Origin: Alphaproteobacteria bacterium
Lineage (GTDB): Bacteria; Bacteroidota; Bacteroidia; Bacteroidales; FEN-979
Direction of reading: 5' to 3'
DNA: 64,000 bases
Assembly: GCA_009928665.1 (NCBI GenBank)
Contig: SACF01000016.1
Span: forward strand, 7,474-71,473
Part shown: piece after piece, positions 9,396 through 18,870 of the stretch
How the letters are laid out: the number at the start of each line of letters is the position of its first letter
Position numbering within the stretch: the stretch's first letter is position 1
Translations under genes and position numbers: made by a program
Notes under the pieces: model-generated
What the model saw: only the letters and a program-made list of their open reading frames with translations
Told to the model about the DNA's origin: nothing
Databases searched by the model: none

Positions 9396-9460
9396 GGTCA
9401 CATGGAATATCCATTGTTATCATTCGCGATTTGCATGAACATGTTTCCTATGGATATTTC
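9396..9460 (-). promoter_or_regulatory. ATGGATAT-box pair (inverted, 46-nt offset) upstream of the OmpA-family gene
   Basis: The sense-strand block GATAACAATGGATATTCCATGTGACC (9396-9421) is 24/26 identical to 40074-40099. The inverted partner GAAATATCCAT lies at 9450-9460. Confidence 0.55.
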
Positions 9461-9620
9461 ATAGAATGATGTTTTGATGACAGATTTCCTGTTCTTGCCT
9501 GAATGCAGGGGTGTAGCGACAGGTATTGAATTCCACGATGGGTAGCAAAATACTTCAGATAATTAAACGGTCTGTCGGGAAATGTATTATGGATAGAAGA
9601 AAAAAGCATGCTGGGCGGAT

Positions 9621-11069
9621 TCAAACCCGGGCCGTGACCATCAGCACCTTTTTTGTCTGGCCGGTGATCCTGTATCGATGGTCTATCCTGCGGCCAATGA
9701 TCCAGATGATGTCGTTGCCCGACAACAGCAGCCAGGTATGCTCCTTGTCTATCCTCGGGATTTTTTGATCGACAAAGAAATCGCTTAGTTTTTTCGGTTT
9801 TCGCATCCCCAGCGGAAAGAAATGGTCGCCTTTCATCCATTTTCTGATGGTGAGTGGAAATTGCAGCTTGTCATAATTGAAGCAGGCAATATCAGGATCG
9901 GTCGGGATAACAAAGGAACTGGCCCGGGTCTGAACCTGGAATGTCAATGTGACCGGACAGTTGGCAATTTCGCTTCCAGTAAGGAAAATGGATGGAGCGC
10001 CAGGCGAAAAATCTCCCTTCCTGTGACTTATTCTTTTAGTTTTCGATGAAGGCGTGATTATAACAGGTTTATCCAACGGGATCGTACGCAGTTCGACGGT
10101 GTTGTGGAGCGGAACAATGATCAGCGAATCGCGGTCTTTCAGCAGTTGGTGTGTGGCGGAGAAAAACCGTTTACCAGGGGCTGCGGTAAGCGAAGCGTGG
10201 ATATCACCAGCGATATCCGGATTGAATCCGTATGGCCGGATGATCTCCCAGAGTAGATCGTGCGGGTCGGGATGTTGCATGATCCTGGGTATGGAAATTG
10301 AGATCCTTTCTCCGGAACCTTTGGTTACCAAAGTTTTTGCACGGCCAACCTCCATGTCCCAGTATTCGCTGATCCGTTCAACCTGGGATGCAAGTCCCAT
10401 CAAAGCCTCGTCGAATGAGGGGTTTAGAGAATGGATAATGGGGATCAGCTCCAGGCGTATCCTGTTCCTGAGATACTTTGTTTCGCCGTTGGAGGAGTCG
10501 ACCCTGAACCTGAGTTTACGGTTCCTCGCATAAACTTCAATTTCCTGACGGGAGGCAAAAAGCAACGGCCGGATCAGTTTACCCGACCGTGGTCTGATTC
10601 CCTGAAGGCCCCTAAACCCGGTTCCCCTGATCAGGTTTATCAGTATCGTTTCAACCACATCGTCGCGGTGATGGGCTGTGGCAAAAAGGTCGTACCCGTT
10701 TTTCTGCCTGATCTCCTCGAACCAGGCATAGCGCAGTTCTCGGGCAGCCATCTGGATGGAGATCTTTTTTTTTCCGGCATATTCCTCCGTATTGAATCTC
10801 CGGGTATAGATGGTAACCCGGTGCTGGACGGCCAGCTGTTTAACGAACAGTTCATCCTGGTCGCTTTCTTCACCCCGGAGGCTGAAATTGCAGTGGGCAA
10901 TTCCAAAGTGATATCCCGCGGAGGCAAACAGGTGGGTCATGACAACAGAATCAATTCCACCGCTGACGGCAAGCAGAATCCGGTCGCCGGGAGAAAACAG
11001 ATCCTGTTTACGGATAAAAGACAAAAAACCGGTTTCCATTTTCTTTGTAAAGCCTTGATTCAAACCCAA
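9621..11069 (-). CDS. tilS: tRNA(Ile)-lysidine synthetase
   Basis: PP-loop SGGIDS within LLAVSGGIDSVVMTHLF, and the length and domain order fit TilS. An alternative ATG at 11039 (METGFLSF...) is equally plausible. Confidence 0.9.
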   Translation of the reverse strand: MGLNQGFTKKMETGFLSFIRKQDLFSPGDRILLAVSGGIDSVVMTHLFASAGYHFGIAHCNFSLRGEESDQDELFVKQLAVQHRVTIYTRRFNTEEYAGKKKISIQMAARELRYAWFEEIRQKNGYDLFATAHHRDDVVETILINLIRGTGFRGLQGIRPRSGKLIRPLLFASRQEIEVYARNRKLRFRVDSSNGETKYLRNRIRLELIPIIHSLNPSFDEALMGLASQVERISEYWDMEVGRAKTLVTKGSGERISISIPRIMQHPDPHDLLWEIIRPYGFNPDIAGDIHASLTAAPGKRFFSATHQLLKDRDSLIIVPLHNTVELRTIPLDKPVIITPSSKTKRISHRKGDFSPGAPSIFLTGSEIANCPVTLTFQVQTRASSFVIPTDPDIACFNYDKLQFPLTIRKWMKGDHFFPLGMRKPKKLSDFFVDQKIPRIDKEHTWLLLSGNDIIWIIGRRIDHRYRITGQTKKVLMVTARV

Positions 11070-11174
11070 AGATACGACAAATTCCGGTTGAATTCGCTTT
11101 TTCTTTTTCGCTCAGGATGCATGAACAGTGACAGTTCGCTTCCTTCATGGGGGAAGTGGCGGAAAGCTCACCGG

Positions 11175-11212
11175 AAAACAAAAAGAGGGCGTTTTTTTTG
11201 AAAACACCCTCT
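11175..11212 (-). terminator. Rho-independent terminator after korB
   Basis: On the minus strand, AGAGGGTG-loop-CGCCCTCT (8-bp stem, one mismatch) is followed by TTTTGTTTT, 20 nt after the korB stop. Confidence 0.65.
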
Positions 11213-11231
11213 TTTATCGGAATTTCAGTAG

Positions 11232-12269
11232 TTATATTTCCCAGGTATCTCCTGAATTCAGCAGATCATCCACATTCCGGATCTTTGATGTTTCTTTTGC
11301 GTACTTGATCTGTTCTTCCACCATATCGTCGTAAGTGGGGAACATGGCCGAGCGAATCACTCCGAAAACCATCGGATAGTTGGGCGGGGCGATTTTGGCA
11401 AGCATCAGGTGAATTCCGGGATCCTGGCTGTACTGGTCATGAACCAGGATATCGTCGATCGTGATTCCGTTTTGCCCGATCTCAACGACTTCAAGACGGG
11501 TATCGCGAAGAACCAGTCCTTTTTCATGGTTTTTCCCGAATACCATGGGTTCGCCGTTTTTCACCACCATCATGGTCTCATCCTTTACCTCTTTCCCGGT
11601 CACCTCGTTGTGGGCTTTGTCGGCAAAGATGATGCAGTTCTGCATAATCTCGATGATGGAAGTGCCGTCGTGTTTGGCTGCCTCGAACATAGCTTCGGTC
11701 ATCATATTGATGTTATTGTCGGGAACCCTGGCGAAGAAAGTGCCCTGGGCGCCCATCACGAGTTCACCTACCGTGAAGGGATGTTCGATGGTTCCCTGGG
11801 GAGAGGTTTTCGTCACTTTACCCATGGGGGTTGTCGGTGAATACTGGCCTTTGGTGAGTCCGTAAATCTGGTTGTTAAAAAGCAGGATGTTGATGTCGAC
11901 ATTCCGGCGGATGATGTGAATGAAGTGGTTCCCGCCGATGGCGAGTGAGTCGCCGTCGCCGGTGGCCATCCAGACGCTGAGGCGCGGGTTGGCGATTTTC
12001 ACGCCGGTGGAGATTGCCGCGGCACGTCCATGAATTCCATGGATCCCGTAAGTGTTCACATAATAGGGAAACCGTGAGGAGCAACCAATCCCCGATACAA
12101 TGCAAAAGTTTTCCTTGCGGTATCCGATTTTTGGAAAGACGCGTTCCACGGCCGCCAGGATGGCATGTGCACCGCATCCGGGGCACCATTTCACCATCTG
12201 GTCGCTTTCAAAATCTGTTTTGGTGAGTTGAACATTTGAGCGTTCAACGGTCATATTTACAAAGTCCAT
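11232..12269 (-). CDS. korB: 2-oxoacid (probably 2-oxoglutarate):ferredoxin oxidoreductase beta subunit
   Basis: WCPGCGAHAIL plus the TPP-binding motif ATGDGDSLAIGGNHF. It starts 1 nt after the alpha-subunit stop. Confidence 0.9.
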   Translation of the reverse strand: MDFVNMTVERSNVQLTKTDFESDQMVKWCPGCGAHAILAAVERVFPKIGYRKENFCIVSGIGCSSRFPYYVNTYGIHGIHGRAAAISTGVKIANPRLSVWMATGDGDSLAIGGNHFIHIIRRNVDINILLFNNQIYGLTKGQYSPTTPMGKVTKTSPQGTIEHPFTVGELVMGAQGTFFARVPDNNINMMTEAMFEAAKHDGTSIIEIMQNCIIFADKAHNEVTGKEVKDETMMVVKNGEPMVFGKNHEKGLVLRDTRLEVVEIGQNGITIDDILVHDQYSQDPGIHLMLAKIAPPNYPMVFGVIRSAMFPTYDDMVEEQIKYAKETSKIRNVDDLLNSGDTWEI

Positions 12270-12270
12270 G

Positions 12271-14121
12271 TTATTTCTCCTCCAGCAGTTGGTTAAACTT
12301 ATTTGTTAACTCATTGATCATGAAAGGCAGTCCCTGCACCTTATTGAATTGTGTGAAGTTCGGCATGGGGAACTTCATCCGGAGATAATTCACGAATTGT
12401 CCGCTGTTTAATTCACAGACAACGATCTTTTTAAAGCCTTTCAGAATGTCGCTGGTATTCTTCGGAAGGGGCATGATATAATGGAAGTGGGCATGACTTA
12501 CCCGTTTGCCTTCCTTATGCATCTGCTCTACGGCCGAATGCACAGCGCCGTATGTTCCGCCCCATGATACTACGAGCAGATCGCCCGTCGGATCGCCATC
12601 GATCTCCTGCTCAGGGATAAAATCGGCTACTTTTTCCACCTTGCCGGCCCTCAGATCGGTCATGATCTGATGATTCATCGGATCGGTCGAAACCGTACCC
12701 AGGATGTTTTCTTTTTCCAGTCCCCCGATCCGGTGCCTTAAACCTTCGGTGCCGGGGATTGCCCACTGGCGGGCGAGATTTTCAGGATTCCTCTTGTACG
12801 GTTTATATTCGGGATCGTTGGCCTGGGCCATCGGTGGATTGATCGGTGGCATATCCGCCATTTTGGGAATGCGGAAGAGGGTGGAACCAAATCCAAGGTA
12901 TCCATCGGTAAGGAGGATGCAAGGCGTCATGTGTTCCATCGCCAGTTTCGCAGCCATGTAGGCATAGTAAAAGCAATTTTCGGAGGTGGAGGCGGCGACC
13001 ACAATAACCGGGCATTCGCCGTTGCGTCCGAACAAAGCCTGGTAAAGGTCGCTCTGTTCTGATTTGGTCGGGAGGCCGGTCGAAGGTCCGCCGCGCTGAA
13101 CGTCGACGATTACCAGGGGTAACTCGGTCATGACGGCCAGTCCGATCGCTTCGCTTTTCAGCGACAGTCCGGGGCCGGAGGTGGTGGTACATGCCAGAGA
13201 GCCGGTATAGGAAGCGCCGATGGCCGAACAGATTCCGGCAATCTCGTCTTCAGCCTGGAAAACCTTTGCCCCCAGCGATTTGTGCTTGGCCAGTTCCATG
13301 AGGATTTCAGTGGCCGGGGTGATGGGGTAGGAGCCAAGAAACAAGGGTCGACCCGATTTTTCGGAGGCTGCAAGCAATCCCCATGCAGTACCTGTATTCC
13401 CGGTGATGTTCCGGTAACGGCCTTTTTCCATTTTGGCGGGACCTACCTGGATGACCGATTCGAGCGCCTCAATGGTTTCGGCATAGTTGTATCCCGATTG
13501 AAGAACCACCTTATTGATCTGGATCAGTTCGGGTTTTTTCTTGAACTTTTGCTCAAAGTAATGAAAGGAAGGCTTTAAATCGCGGTTGAAAATATAGTAA
13601 AGTATGCCCAGTGCGAACATATTTTTGCTTCGCTCGGCAGTCTTGTTGTCGATGTTGAGGTCTTTGAGGCTCTCTTTGGTCAGGGTGGTGATGGGAGCTT
13701 TGATCACATTGTAGCTTTCGAGTGAACCATCCTTCAGGGGATCCTTCTTATAACCGGCCTTTTCGATTGCCTTTTCTTCAAAAGCATCGGTGTCGGTAAG
13801 AATGGTGGCTCCCTTTTTAGCCCATTTAAGATTGGCTCTCAGTGAGGCGGGGTTCATGGCAACCAGCACATCCACCATGTCGCCGGTGGTAAAAATTTTA
13901 GAACTGCCCATGTGGACTTGAAATCCTGAAACACCGGCGATGGTGTTCTGGGGCGCCCGGATTTCGGCAGGAAAATCCGGAAATGTCGCGAGGTCGTTGC
14001 CGACGAGGGCTGCCACATCCGAAAACATGGTTCCGGAAAGTTGCATTCCGTCGCCCGAATCGCCAACGAATTTAACGACAACTTCTTCCCGTTCAATAAC
14101 GGGTCTCTTTTTCTTAGTCAT
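12271..14121 (-). CDS. korA: 2-oxoacid (probably 2-oxoglutarate):ferredoxin oxidoreductase alpha subunit
   Basis: 616-aa ORF with the fused gamma-like N-terminal and alpha core typical of two-subunit KorAB enzymes. It is tightly coupled to korB. Confidence 0.9.
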   Translation of the reverse strand: MTKKKRPVIEREEVVVKFVGDSGDGMQLSGTMFSDVAALVGNDLATFPDFPAEIRAPQNTIAGVSGFQVHMGSSKIFTTGDMVDVLVAMNPASLRANLKWAKKGATILTDTDAFEEKAIEKAGYKKDPLKDGSLESYNVIKAPITTLTKESLKDLNIDNKTAERSKNMFALGILYYIFNRDLKPSFHYFEQKFKKKPELIQINKVVLQSGYNYAETIEALESVIQVGPAKMEKGRYRNITGNTGTAWGLLAASEKSGRPLFLGSYPITPATEILMELAKHKSLGAKVFQAEDEIAGICSAIGASYTGSLACTTTSGPGLSLKSEAIGLAVMTELPLVIVDVQRGGPSTGLPTKSEQSDLYQALFGRNGECPVIVVAASTSENCFYYAYMAAKLAMEHMTPCILLTDGYLGFGSTLFRIPKMADMPPINPPMAQANDPEYKPYKRNPENLARQWAIPGTEGLRHRIGGLEKENILGTVSTDPMNHQIMTDLRAGKVEKVADFIPEQEIDGDPTGDLLVVSWGGTYGAVHSAVEQMHKEGKRVSHAHFHYIMPLPKNTSDILKGFKKIVVCELNSGQFVNYLRMKFPMPNFTQFNKVQGLPFMINELTNKFNQLLEEK

Positions 14122-14143
14122 AGGTTTAAATCATTTAGACCCG

Positions 14144-14151
14144 CAAAGGTA
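14144..14151 (-). promoter_or_regulatory. candidate -7 box (TACCTTTG) for korAB
   Basis: Matches TAnnTTTG, 22 nt upstream of the korA ATG. Confidence 0.35.
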
Positions 14152-14160
14152 CTCATTAAA

Positions 14161-14208
14161 GTCAAAAGTCAAAAGTTAAGCATAGAAATCACAAATCGAA
14201 ATCAGATC
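14161..14208. repeat. weak heptamer tract (GTCAAAA x2, AAATC-containing units x3)
   Basis: The tract reads gtcaaaagtcaaaagtt...gaaatcacaaatcgaaatcag and lies in the divergent korA/ferredoxin spacer. Confidence 0.5.
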
Positions 14209-14232
14209 GGGTCGATTGTCAAATAAAATTTT

Positions 14233-14240
14233 TATCTTTG
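14233..14240 (+). promoter_or_regulatory. candidate -7 box (TATCTTTG) for the ferredoxin gene
   Basis: Matches TAnnTTTG, 62 nt upstream of the ATG at 14303. Confidence 0.3.
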
Positions 14241-14302
14241 CCGGTAAATAACATTACTTTATTAACTCGTTCTGAATCTTCAGAACCCAAATTCAATAAG
14301 TC

Positions 14303-14470
14303 ATGGCTTACAAAATCAATGATGATTGCACTGCTTGCGGAACCTGCATCGACGAGTGCCCGGTTGAAGCTATCTCTGAAGGCGATATCTACAAAATCGA
14401 TCCTGAAGTGTGCACCGATTGTGGCGCTTGCGCTGATGTTTGCCCGGTAGAGGCAATTCATCCGGAATAA
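14303..14470 (+). CDS. 2x[4Fe-4S] ferredoxin (55 aa, not in the ORF track)
   Basis: My translation is MAYKINDDCTACGTCIDECPVEAISEGDIYKIDPEVCTDCGACADVCPVEAIHPE, with two CxxCxxCxxxCP clusters. It is divergent from korAB and followed by a hairpin with a T-run. Confidence 0.85.
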   Translation: MAYKINDDCTACGTCIDECPVEAISEGDIYKIDPEVCTDCGACADVCPVEAIHPE

Positions 14471-14487
14471 TCAGTGTTGATTATTTG

Positions 14488-14523
14488 AAAAAAATGGCGG
14501 TCCCCGGGGCTGCCATTTTTTTT
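14488..14523. terminator. bidirectional hairpin terminator between the ferredoxin and lpxH genes
   Basis: AATGGCGGTCCCCGGGGCTGCCATT forms an 11-bp stem including G-U pairs. It is flanked by an A-run on the 5' side and a T-run on the 3' side. Confidence 0.65.
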
Positions 14524-15283
14524 ATCCCTCAAACTTTCTGAGCTGCAACCCGGTTCCGTCGAACACGGCATAGGTAAAGTGGGTGATCCAGTCGCCCAAA
14601 ACAACTTGGTGCGCCCCCCCGTCGAGAATCTCATCAACCGGGTAATGATAATGGCCGTAAACCAGGTATTTCAATTCCGGGTGTTTTTTTATGATCTCTT
14701 TTGAATGGACGGTGATCCGCTCCTGAATCAACCGATAGGTGATTCCGGCGTCATTTTTTTCTTTTTCGGTTGATACGTACCTGCTTTTACGCGACCAGAA
14801 CAGCGCCATCCGGATCCCGATATCCGGATGAATCCAACGGAATAACCATTGATTCAGTGGATTTGCAAAGACTTTTTTGATGAATTTGTACCCATGGTCA
14901 CCCGGGCCGATCCCGTCGCCATGCGCGAGGTAAAACCCGACTCCCGAAAAGGTGCGAAATTCGGGAGCCCGGTGCAACGAAAGATTTAACTCCGAAGCAA
15001 GGTAGTCGAAAGCCCACATGTCGTGGTTGCCCCTGAACAGATGGATCGGAATGCCCGAATCGGTCAACTCGGCCAGTTTACCTAAAAGCCGCGCGTAACC
15101 CCTTGGTATTGCCGTTTTGTACTCGAACCAGAAATCAAAGAGATCCCCCATTAGGTAAATTTCAGTGGCATCGCCACGGATCGATTCAAGCCAGGCGACC
15201 AGCTTCTTCTCCCGTTCAAGACTCTTCCCATGATCGGGAATTCCCAGGTGAAAATCGGAGGCAAAATAGATCTTGGTACGCAT
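14522..15283 (-). CDS. lpxH: UDP-2,3-diacylglucosamine diphosphatase
   Basis: Metallophosphoesterase motifs FASDFHLG, MGDLFDFWFEY, RGNHD and YGHYH in the LpxH arrangement. Confidence 0.8.
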   Translation of the reverse strand: MRTKIYFASDFHLGIPDHGKSLEREKKLVAWLESIRGDATEIYLMGDLFDFWFEYKTAIPRGYARLLGKLAELTDSGIPIHLFRGNHDMWAFDYLASELNLSLHRAPEFRTFSGVGFYLAHGDGIGPGDHGYKFIKKVFANPLNQWLFRWIHPDIGIRMALFWSRKSRYVSTEKEKNDAGITYRLIQERITVHSKEIIKKHPELKYLVYGHYHYPVDEILDGGAHQVVLGDWITHFTYAVFDGTGLQLRKFEG

Positions 15284-15332
15284 CGGAGAATTTTGAGCAA
15301 GTTAAGAAATTTTCGTAAGATGATTCCGCAGG

Positions 15333-16073
15333 TTATTCATCACTCTTTTTTCCCTGATTTCTCAGGTATTCTCCGACCCGCTGATGGTGATACTTCACAT
15401 GCTTGTTGTCGGAAAGCGTGAGCTGCAGCGCTGAATCGACCCGCATGTACCATTCAAGATCCTCCTGTGGACTGAGTACCGGGCTCAACCCGAAGGCATA
15501 GTTCAGAACAATCAGGGAAGCTGGCGAGGAGGGATATTTCCTGATGAATTCCATCTCGTACCCGCGTTGCTTGTCCCAGATCTTTTTAAAGAGCGTGTCG
15601 ATTTTTTGGGTAAGCTCGTAATAACCCTCCTGGTCCTGAAACGCAATCAGCATCATTTCGAGTGAGTCGACCTGCTTTTCCTGTTTCCGGGTAAAAGAGA
15701 AGAACTCCTGCAACCGCATTGCCTCCTCCGGACCTTTCACCTGCACCCGGTCGGGAAAATCAATAAAACTGCCGGCAAGTTCAATGCGGTCGCCCGGATA
15801 CAACAGGAGGGTCAGGATTTTTCCCGATGGCGCCCGCAAGGTCCAGAATCCTGCCGAGGTAATCGGAATTTTAAAGGTAAAGAAACCGGCAGGATCCAGG
15901 GTGATGGAATCGAAGGGATGGATGGCATGGGTGTCCATCTCTTCGAGGATCAGTTTCATCCCGGCCCCACCGGGTAACCGGCCTTGTATCGTTGCTGGAA
16001 GCCGGCTTTCGCGGTGGCAGGCTGTAAAAACCATCAGGATCGCGAAAGCAAATATCAATGCCGTTTTAGTCAT
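15333..16073 (-). CDS. hypothetical lipoprotein (DUF4369-like N-terminal beta-sandwich, by recollection)
   Basis: I place the start at MTKTALIFAFAILMVFTAC (lipobox), ATG rc 16071-16073. It overlaps the upstream NUDIX stop by 8 nt. Confidence 0.6.
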   Translation of the reverse strand: MTKTALIFAFAILMVFTACHRESRLPATIQGRLPGGAGMKLILEEMDTHAIHPFDSITLDPAGFFTFKIPITSAGFWTLRAPSGKILTLLLYPGDRIELAGSFIDFPDRVQVKGPEEAMRLQEFFSFTRKQEKQVDSLEMMLIAFQDQEGYYELTQKIDTLFKKIWDKQRGYEMEFIRKYPSSPASLIVLNYAFGLSPVLSPQEDLEWYMRVDSALQLTLSDNKHVKYHHQRVGEYLRNQGKKSDE

Positions 16074-16524
16074 GATTGAGAAAATGTTTTTGCAACCGGT
16101 GAATAAGGTATTTATCGATCGGAAAGGTAAAGTCATCTTCATGGAGATCCATGATCCTTACCCACCTGAAACACTGCGCACCATCGACGGGAGGGATCTG
16201 GTTCCTGACCTCTGTCGTTTGAAAAGTATAGGGTTTCGGAGTGGTAACGAAGTAGTAAATGTTGAAAAGTTGCATGTCGGACGGTAGAAGGGTGGTCGGT
16301 TGGAAGAAGTCGGTGGTGTAAAAGTGCGATTCGATTTCGATCGGAATGCCCAATTCCTCCCTGAATTCACGTTTGAGGCAATCGATGGTCCCTTCGCCGA
16401 ACTGGAGACCGCCACCCGGGAATTTGGTCATAAAGATCCCCAGCCGGAACTCATCGGTCACCAAAACCTGCCCGTCGTCGATGAGCAATCCGTAAACCCG
16501 GATGTTAAACTGATTGATCGCCAT
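16066..16524 (-). CDS. NUDIX hydrolase
   Basis: Nudix box GGGLQFGEGTIDCLKREFREELG. I place the start at MAINQFNIRVYG (ATG rc 16522-16524). Confidence 0.85.
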   Translation of the reverse strand: MAINQFNIRVYGLLIDDGQVLVTDEFRLGIFMTKFPGGGLQFGEGTIDCLKREFREELGIPIEIESHFYTTDFFQPTTLLPSDMQLFNIYYFVTTPKPYTFQTTEVRNQIPPVDGAQCFRWVRIMDLHEDDFTFPIDKYLIHRLQKHFLNHD

Positions 16525-16805
16525 GATGTTTTTTATGCAAAAGTATACCGAATCGGAACAGGTTTGCAAATAAAGAAACCACATTCATCCTTTAATCCCA
16601 TAAGTTTAAATTCCCCGCCTCTCAGGGACGGAACCCGGGACCAGGGCTTGCCCCGGGGTGAATACCAATTTATTAACCGGATCTAAATGCAAACCGTATC
16701 CCGATTTTCATGGTCAGGCCAATTTTTCAACCATTTTTTCGTTATTAACAGTATTGCCCTGAACTATTTTTTCAGGAATAGTAACGAAGCGATGACTGTT
16801 TAACT

Positions 16806-18044
16806 ATGGATCATTATAAAAATTTCAATTTACTGCGGGAGCGGGTCAATTATGAAGATGCGCACATAGAAGCCGGTGATGACCTGATCATCCGGAATTT
16901 TTCCTTCACTTCAGAGAATGGATTTATCCTGCCCGGCGAAAACTTCTATTTGTGTCACCAGCATCAGTGTCGTGCGGATGATTCGAATTCTTATGTTTCT
17001 TGCAACGGTACATCCGGGTCCATTCTCGACATTCACGATGCCGATATAGCGGAGAACAAGCGTTTCAGGTATCACGTGATGGCTCCGGCCGGGACTACTG
17101 TTGTCAAAGATTTCATCCTGTTGATCCATGGATTTAATGAGAAGACCTGGAACAAGTACCTGCCCTGGGCGAAAACCCTGGTGGAGCAGACGGGGAAATG
17201 CGTGGTCCTGTTTCCGATCGCCTTCCACATGAACCGGGCGCCCCTTGTTTGGTCCGACCGCCGCGAAATGCACGGGCTCAGTGAAAGCCGCAAGGCCGGC
17301 TATCCCGACATCGTGGCCTGCACGTTTTCAAATGTGGCCATCAGCGCCCGCTTGCAGCAAAAGCCGCAGCGTTTTTTCTGGTCGGGACTGCAAACCTATT
17401 ACGATGTTATCCAGTTGCTCTCGGAGATCAAAAACGGGAGCCATCCGTTCATTGCACGCGACGCCCGTTTTGATCTGTTTGCTTACTCCATCGGCGGACT
17501 GCTTGCCCAGATCCTGATCATAACCGATCACCAGGGTTATTTTTCCGAATCGAAATTATGCCTCTTTTGCGGCGGGAATGTATTCAACCGGTTTTCTCCT
17601 GTATCAAAGTTCATTCTCGACAGTGAAGCCAATGTTGCCCTCTATTCTTACATCATTGAACATCTTGAAAATCATCTGAAAAAGGACGAACGACTGCGTC
17701 ACTACCTGTCGGAATTACATCCCGAAGGCATGAATTTCAAGGCGATGCTGAATTATAACCAACACCGGGGGGAACGTGAATCGAGTTTCAGAAAGATAAG
17801 CGACCGGACACTTGCAATCGCGCTGGAAAAGGATCTGGTCGCCCCTCCGTATGAGGTGATCAATACCCTGATGGGGATCAAACGGGATATTCCTATCGAG
17901 GTGGTCGTGGAGGATTTCGATTATCCTTACATTCATGAAAACCCTTTTCCTACTCGGGAAGAGATGGCCAAGCAGGTCAATGCGGCCTTCGACCGGATCT
18001 TCAGCCGGGTGAGTCGTTTTTTCAACCAACACACGTCGCCCTGA
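16806..18044 (+). CDS. alpha/beta hydrolase fold protein (uncharacterised family)
   Basis: LLIHGFNEK and the nucleophile elbow FAYSIGG fit a serine hydrolase fold. The 3' end overlaps the convergent mnmD by 23 nt. Confidence 0.7.
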   Translation: MDHYKNFNLLRERVNYEDAHIEAGDDLIIRNFSFTSENGFILPGENFYLCHQHQCRADDSNSYVSCNGTSGSILDIHDADIAENKRFRYHVMAPAGTTVVKDFILLIHGFNEKTWNKYLPWAKTLVEQTGKCVVLFPIAFHMNRAPLVWSDRREMHGLSESRKAGYPDIVACTFSNVAISARLQQKPQRFFWSGLQTYYDVIQLLSEIKNGSHPFIARDARFDLFAYSIGGLLAQILIITDHQGYFSESKLCLFCGGNVFNRFSPVSKFILDSEANVALYSYIIEHLENHLKKDERLRHYLSELHPEGMNFKAMLNYNQHRGERESSFRKISDRTLAIALEKDLVAPPYEVINTLMGIKRDIPIEVVVEDFDYPYIHENPFPTREEMAKQVNAAFDRIFSRVSRFFNQHTSP

Positions 18045-18753
18045 GCATATGTCGTTTGCCCGGTGGCCCCGGCAACCGTTCGACCCGGAATCCGGAGGCT
18101 CTCAATGCTCTTTTCACAATTCCTTTGGATGAGTAAGTAACCAGAACTCCGTCGGGACTGAGCGCGTGGAAGAGCTTTGTAAAAAGGGAAGTGGTCCACA
18201 TTTCAGGCTGCGCCTCCGGATCAAAGGCGTCGAAGTAGATCAGGTGGAGGGACGCTTCGTCGGGTGTGAACTCCTCAAACCGGGTTTTGATTTTATGCAG
18301 GATGAAATGGTCACTGATCGCAACCGGTTGGTCCCAGGGGCATTCGTGAATCGTGTTAAACTTTCGCGAAAATCGTTCCTCTCCGGCTTTTTCAGGATAA
18401 TTCAGCCGCCTCCAGATCTCTTCGGGAAGCGGACGCGACTCGATCGAATGGTAGTGAACCCGGGTTGACCGTTTTTCGGCCTCGATCAAGGTCAACCAGG
18501 CATTCAATCCGGTACCGAATCCGATTTCGAGAATCTGCAACGCGGTGTTGCCAGTTGGTTTGGGACATGCAGGAGCACGCGATTCGTGCGCTGCAAATTG
18601 TTCCATCCCTTTCAGAAAACCTTGTTCAATGAAGATGTGGCGTGATTCCCCGATGGCGCCAAAAGTACTGTGGTAATGTTGGTTAACGGTTTCGTCGTGA
18701 ATGGTGTCGGAACCATCTGCAGTCCTGACAAGGGTCCATGGGAACGGGTCCAA
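18022..18753 (-). CDS. mnmD: tRNA (5-methylaminomethyl-2-thiouridine)(34)-methyltransferase MnmD
   Basis: SAM motif LQILEIGFGTGLN plus YFDAFDPEAQPEMW, characteristic of the MnmC methyltransferase domain and of stand-alone MnmD. Confidence 0.8.
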   Translation of the reverse strand: MDPFPWTLVRTADGSDTIHDETVNQHYHSTFGAIGESRHIFIEQGFLKGMEQFAAHESRAPACPKPTGNTALQILEIGFGTGLNAWLTLIEAEKRSTRVHYHSIESRPLPEEIWRRLNYPEKAGEERFSRKFNTIHECPWDQPVAISDHFILHKIKTRFEEFTPDEASLHLIYFDAFDPEAQPEMWTTSLFTKLFHALSPDGVLVTYSSKGIVKRALRASGFRVERLPGPPGKRHMLRATCVG

Positions 18754-18870
18754 TTTTTACAGCTTTTAGGACGATTTCAATGACTCAGGATCTCCTCCAA
18801 ATGCGTTGATGCAGTTGTATCTGACAGATCAGCATTTCGTTTTTTGCGGACCTGTTCCGATTCGGTATAT

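Noticed and set aside
9448-9840. 130-aa minus-strand ORF spanning the tilS 3' end and the spacer.
   Set aside because: It overlaps tilS in another frame. Its composition is Arg/Pro/His-rich and it has no motif.
10431-11201. 256-aa ORF antisense to tilS.
   Set aside because: It is a shadow ORF of a well-supported gene, with no recognisable domain.
16630-16665. CCCGGG-N12-CCCGGG hairpin in the NUDIX/hydrolase divergent spacer; a similar one lies at 51104-51127.
   Set aside because: These are short self-complementary GC hexamers that occur by chance. They are not positioned as terminators and have no conserved partner elsewhere.
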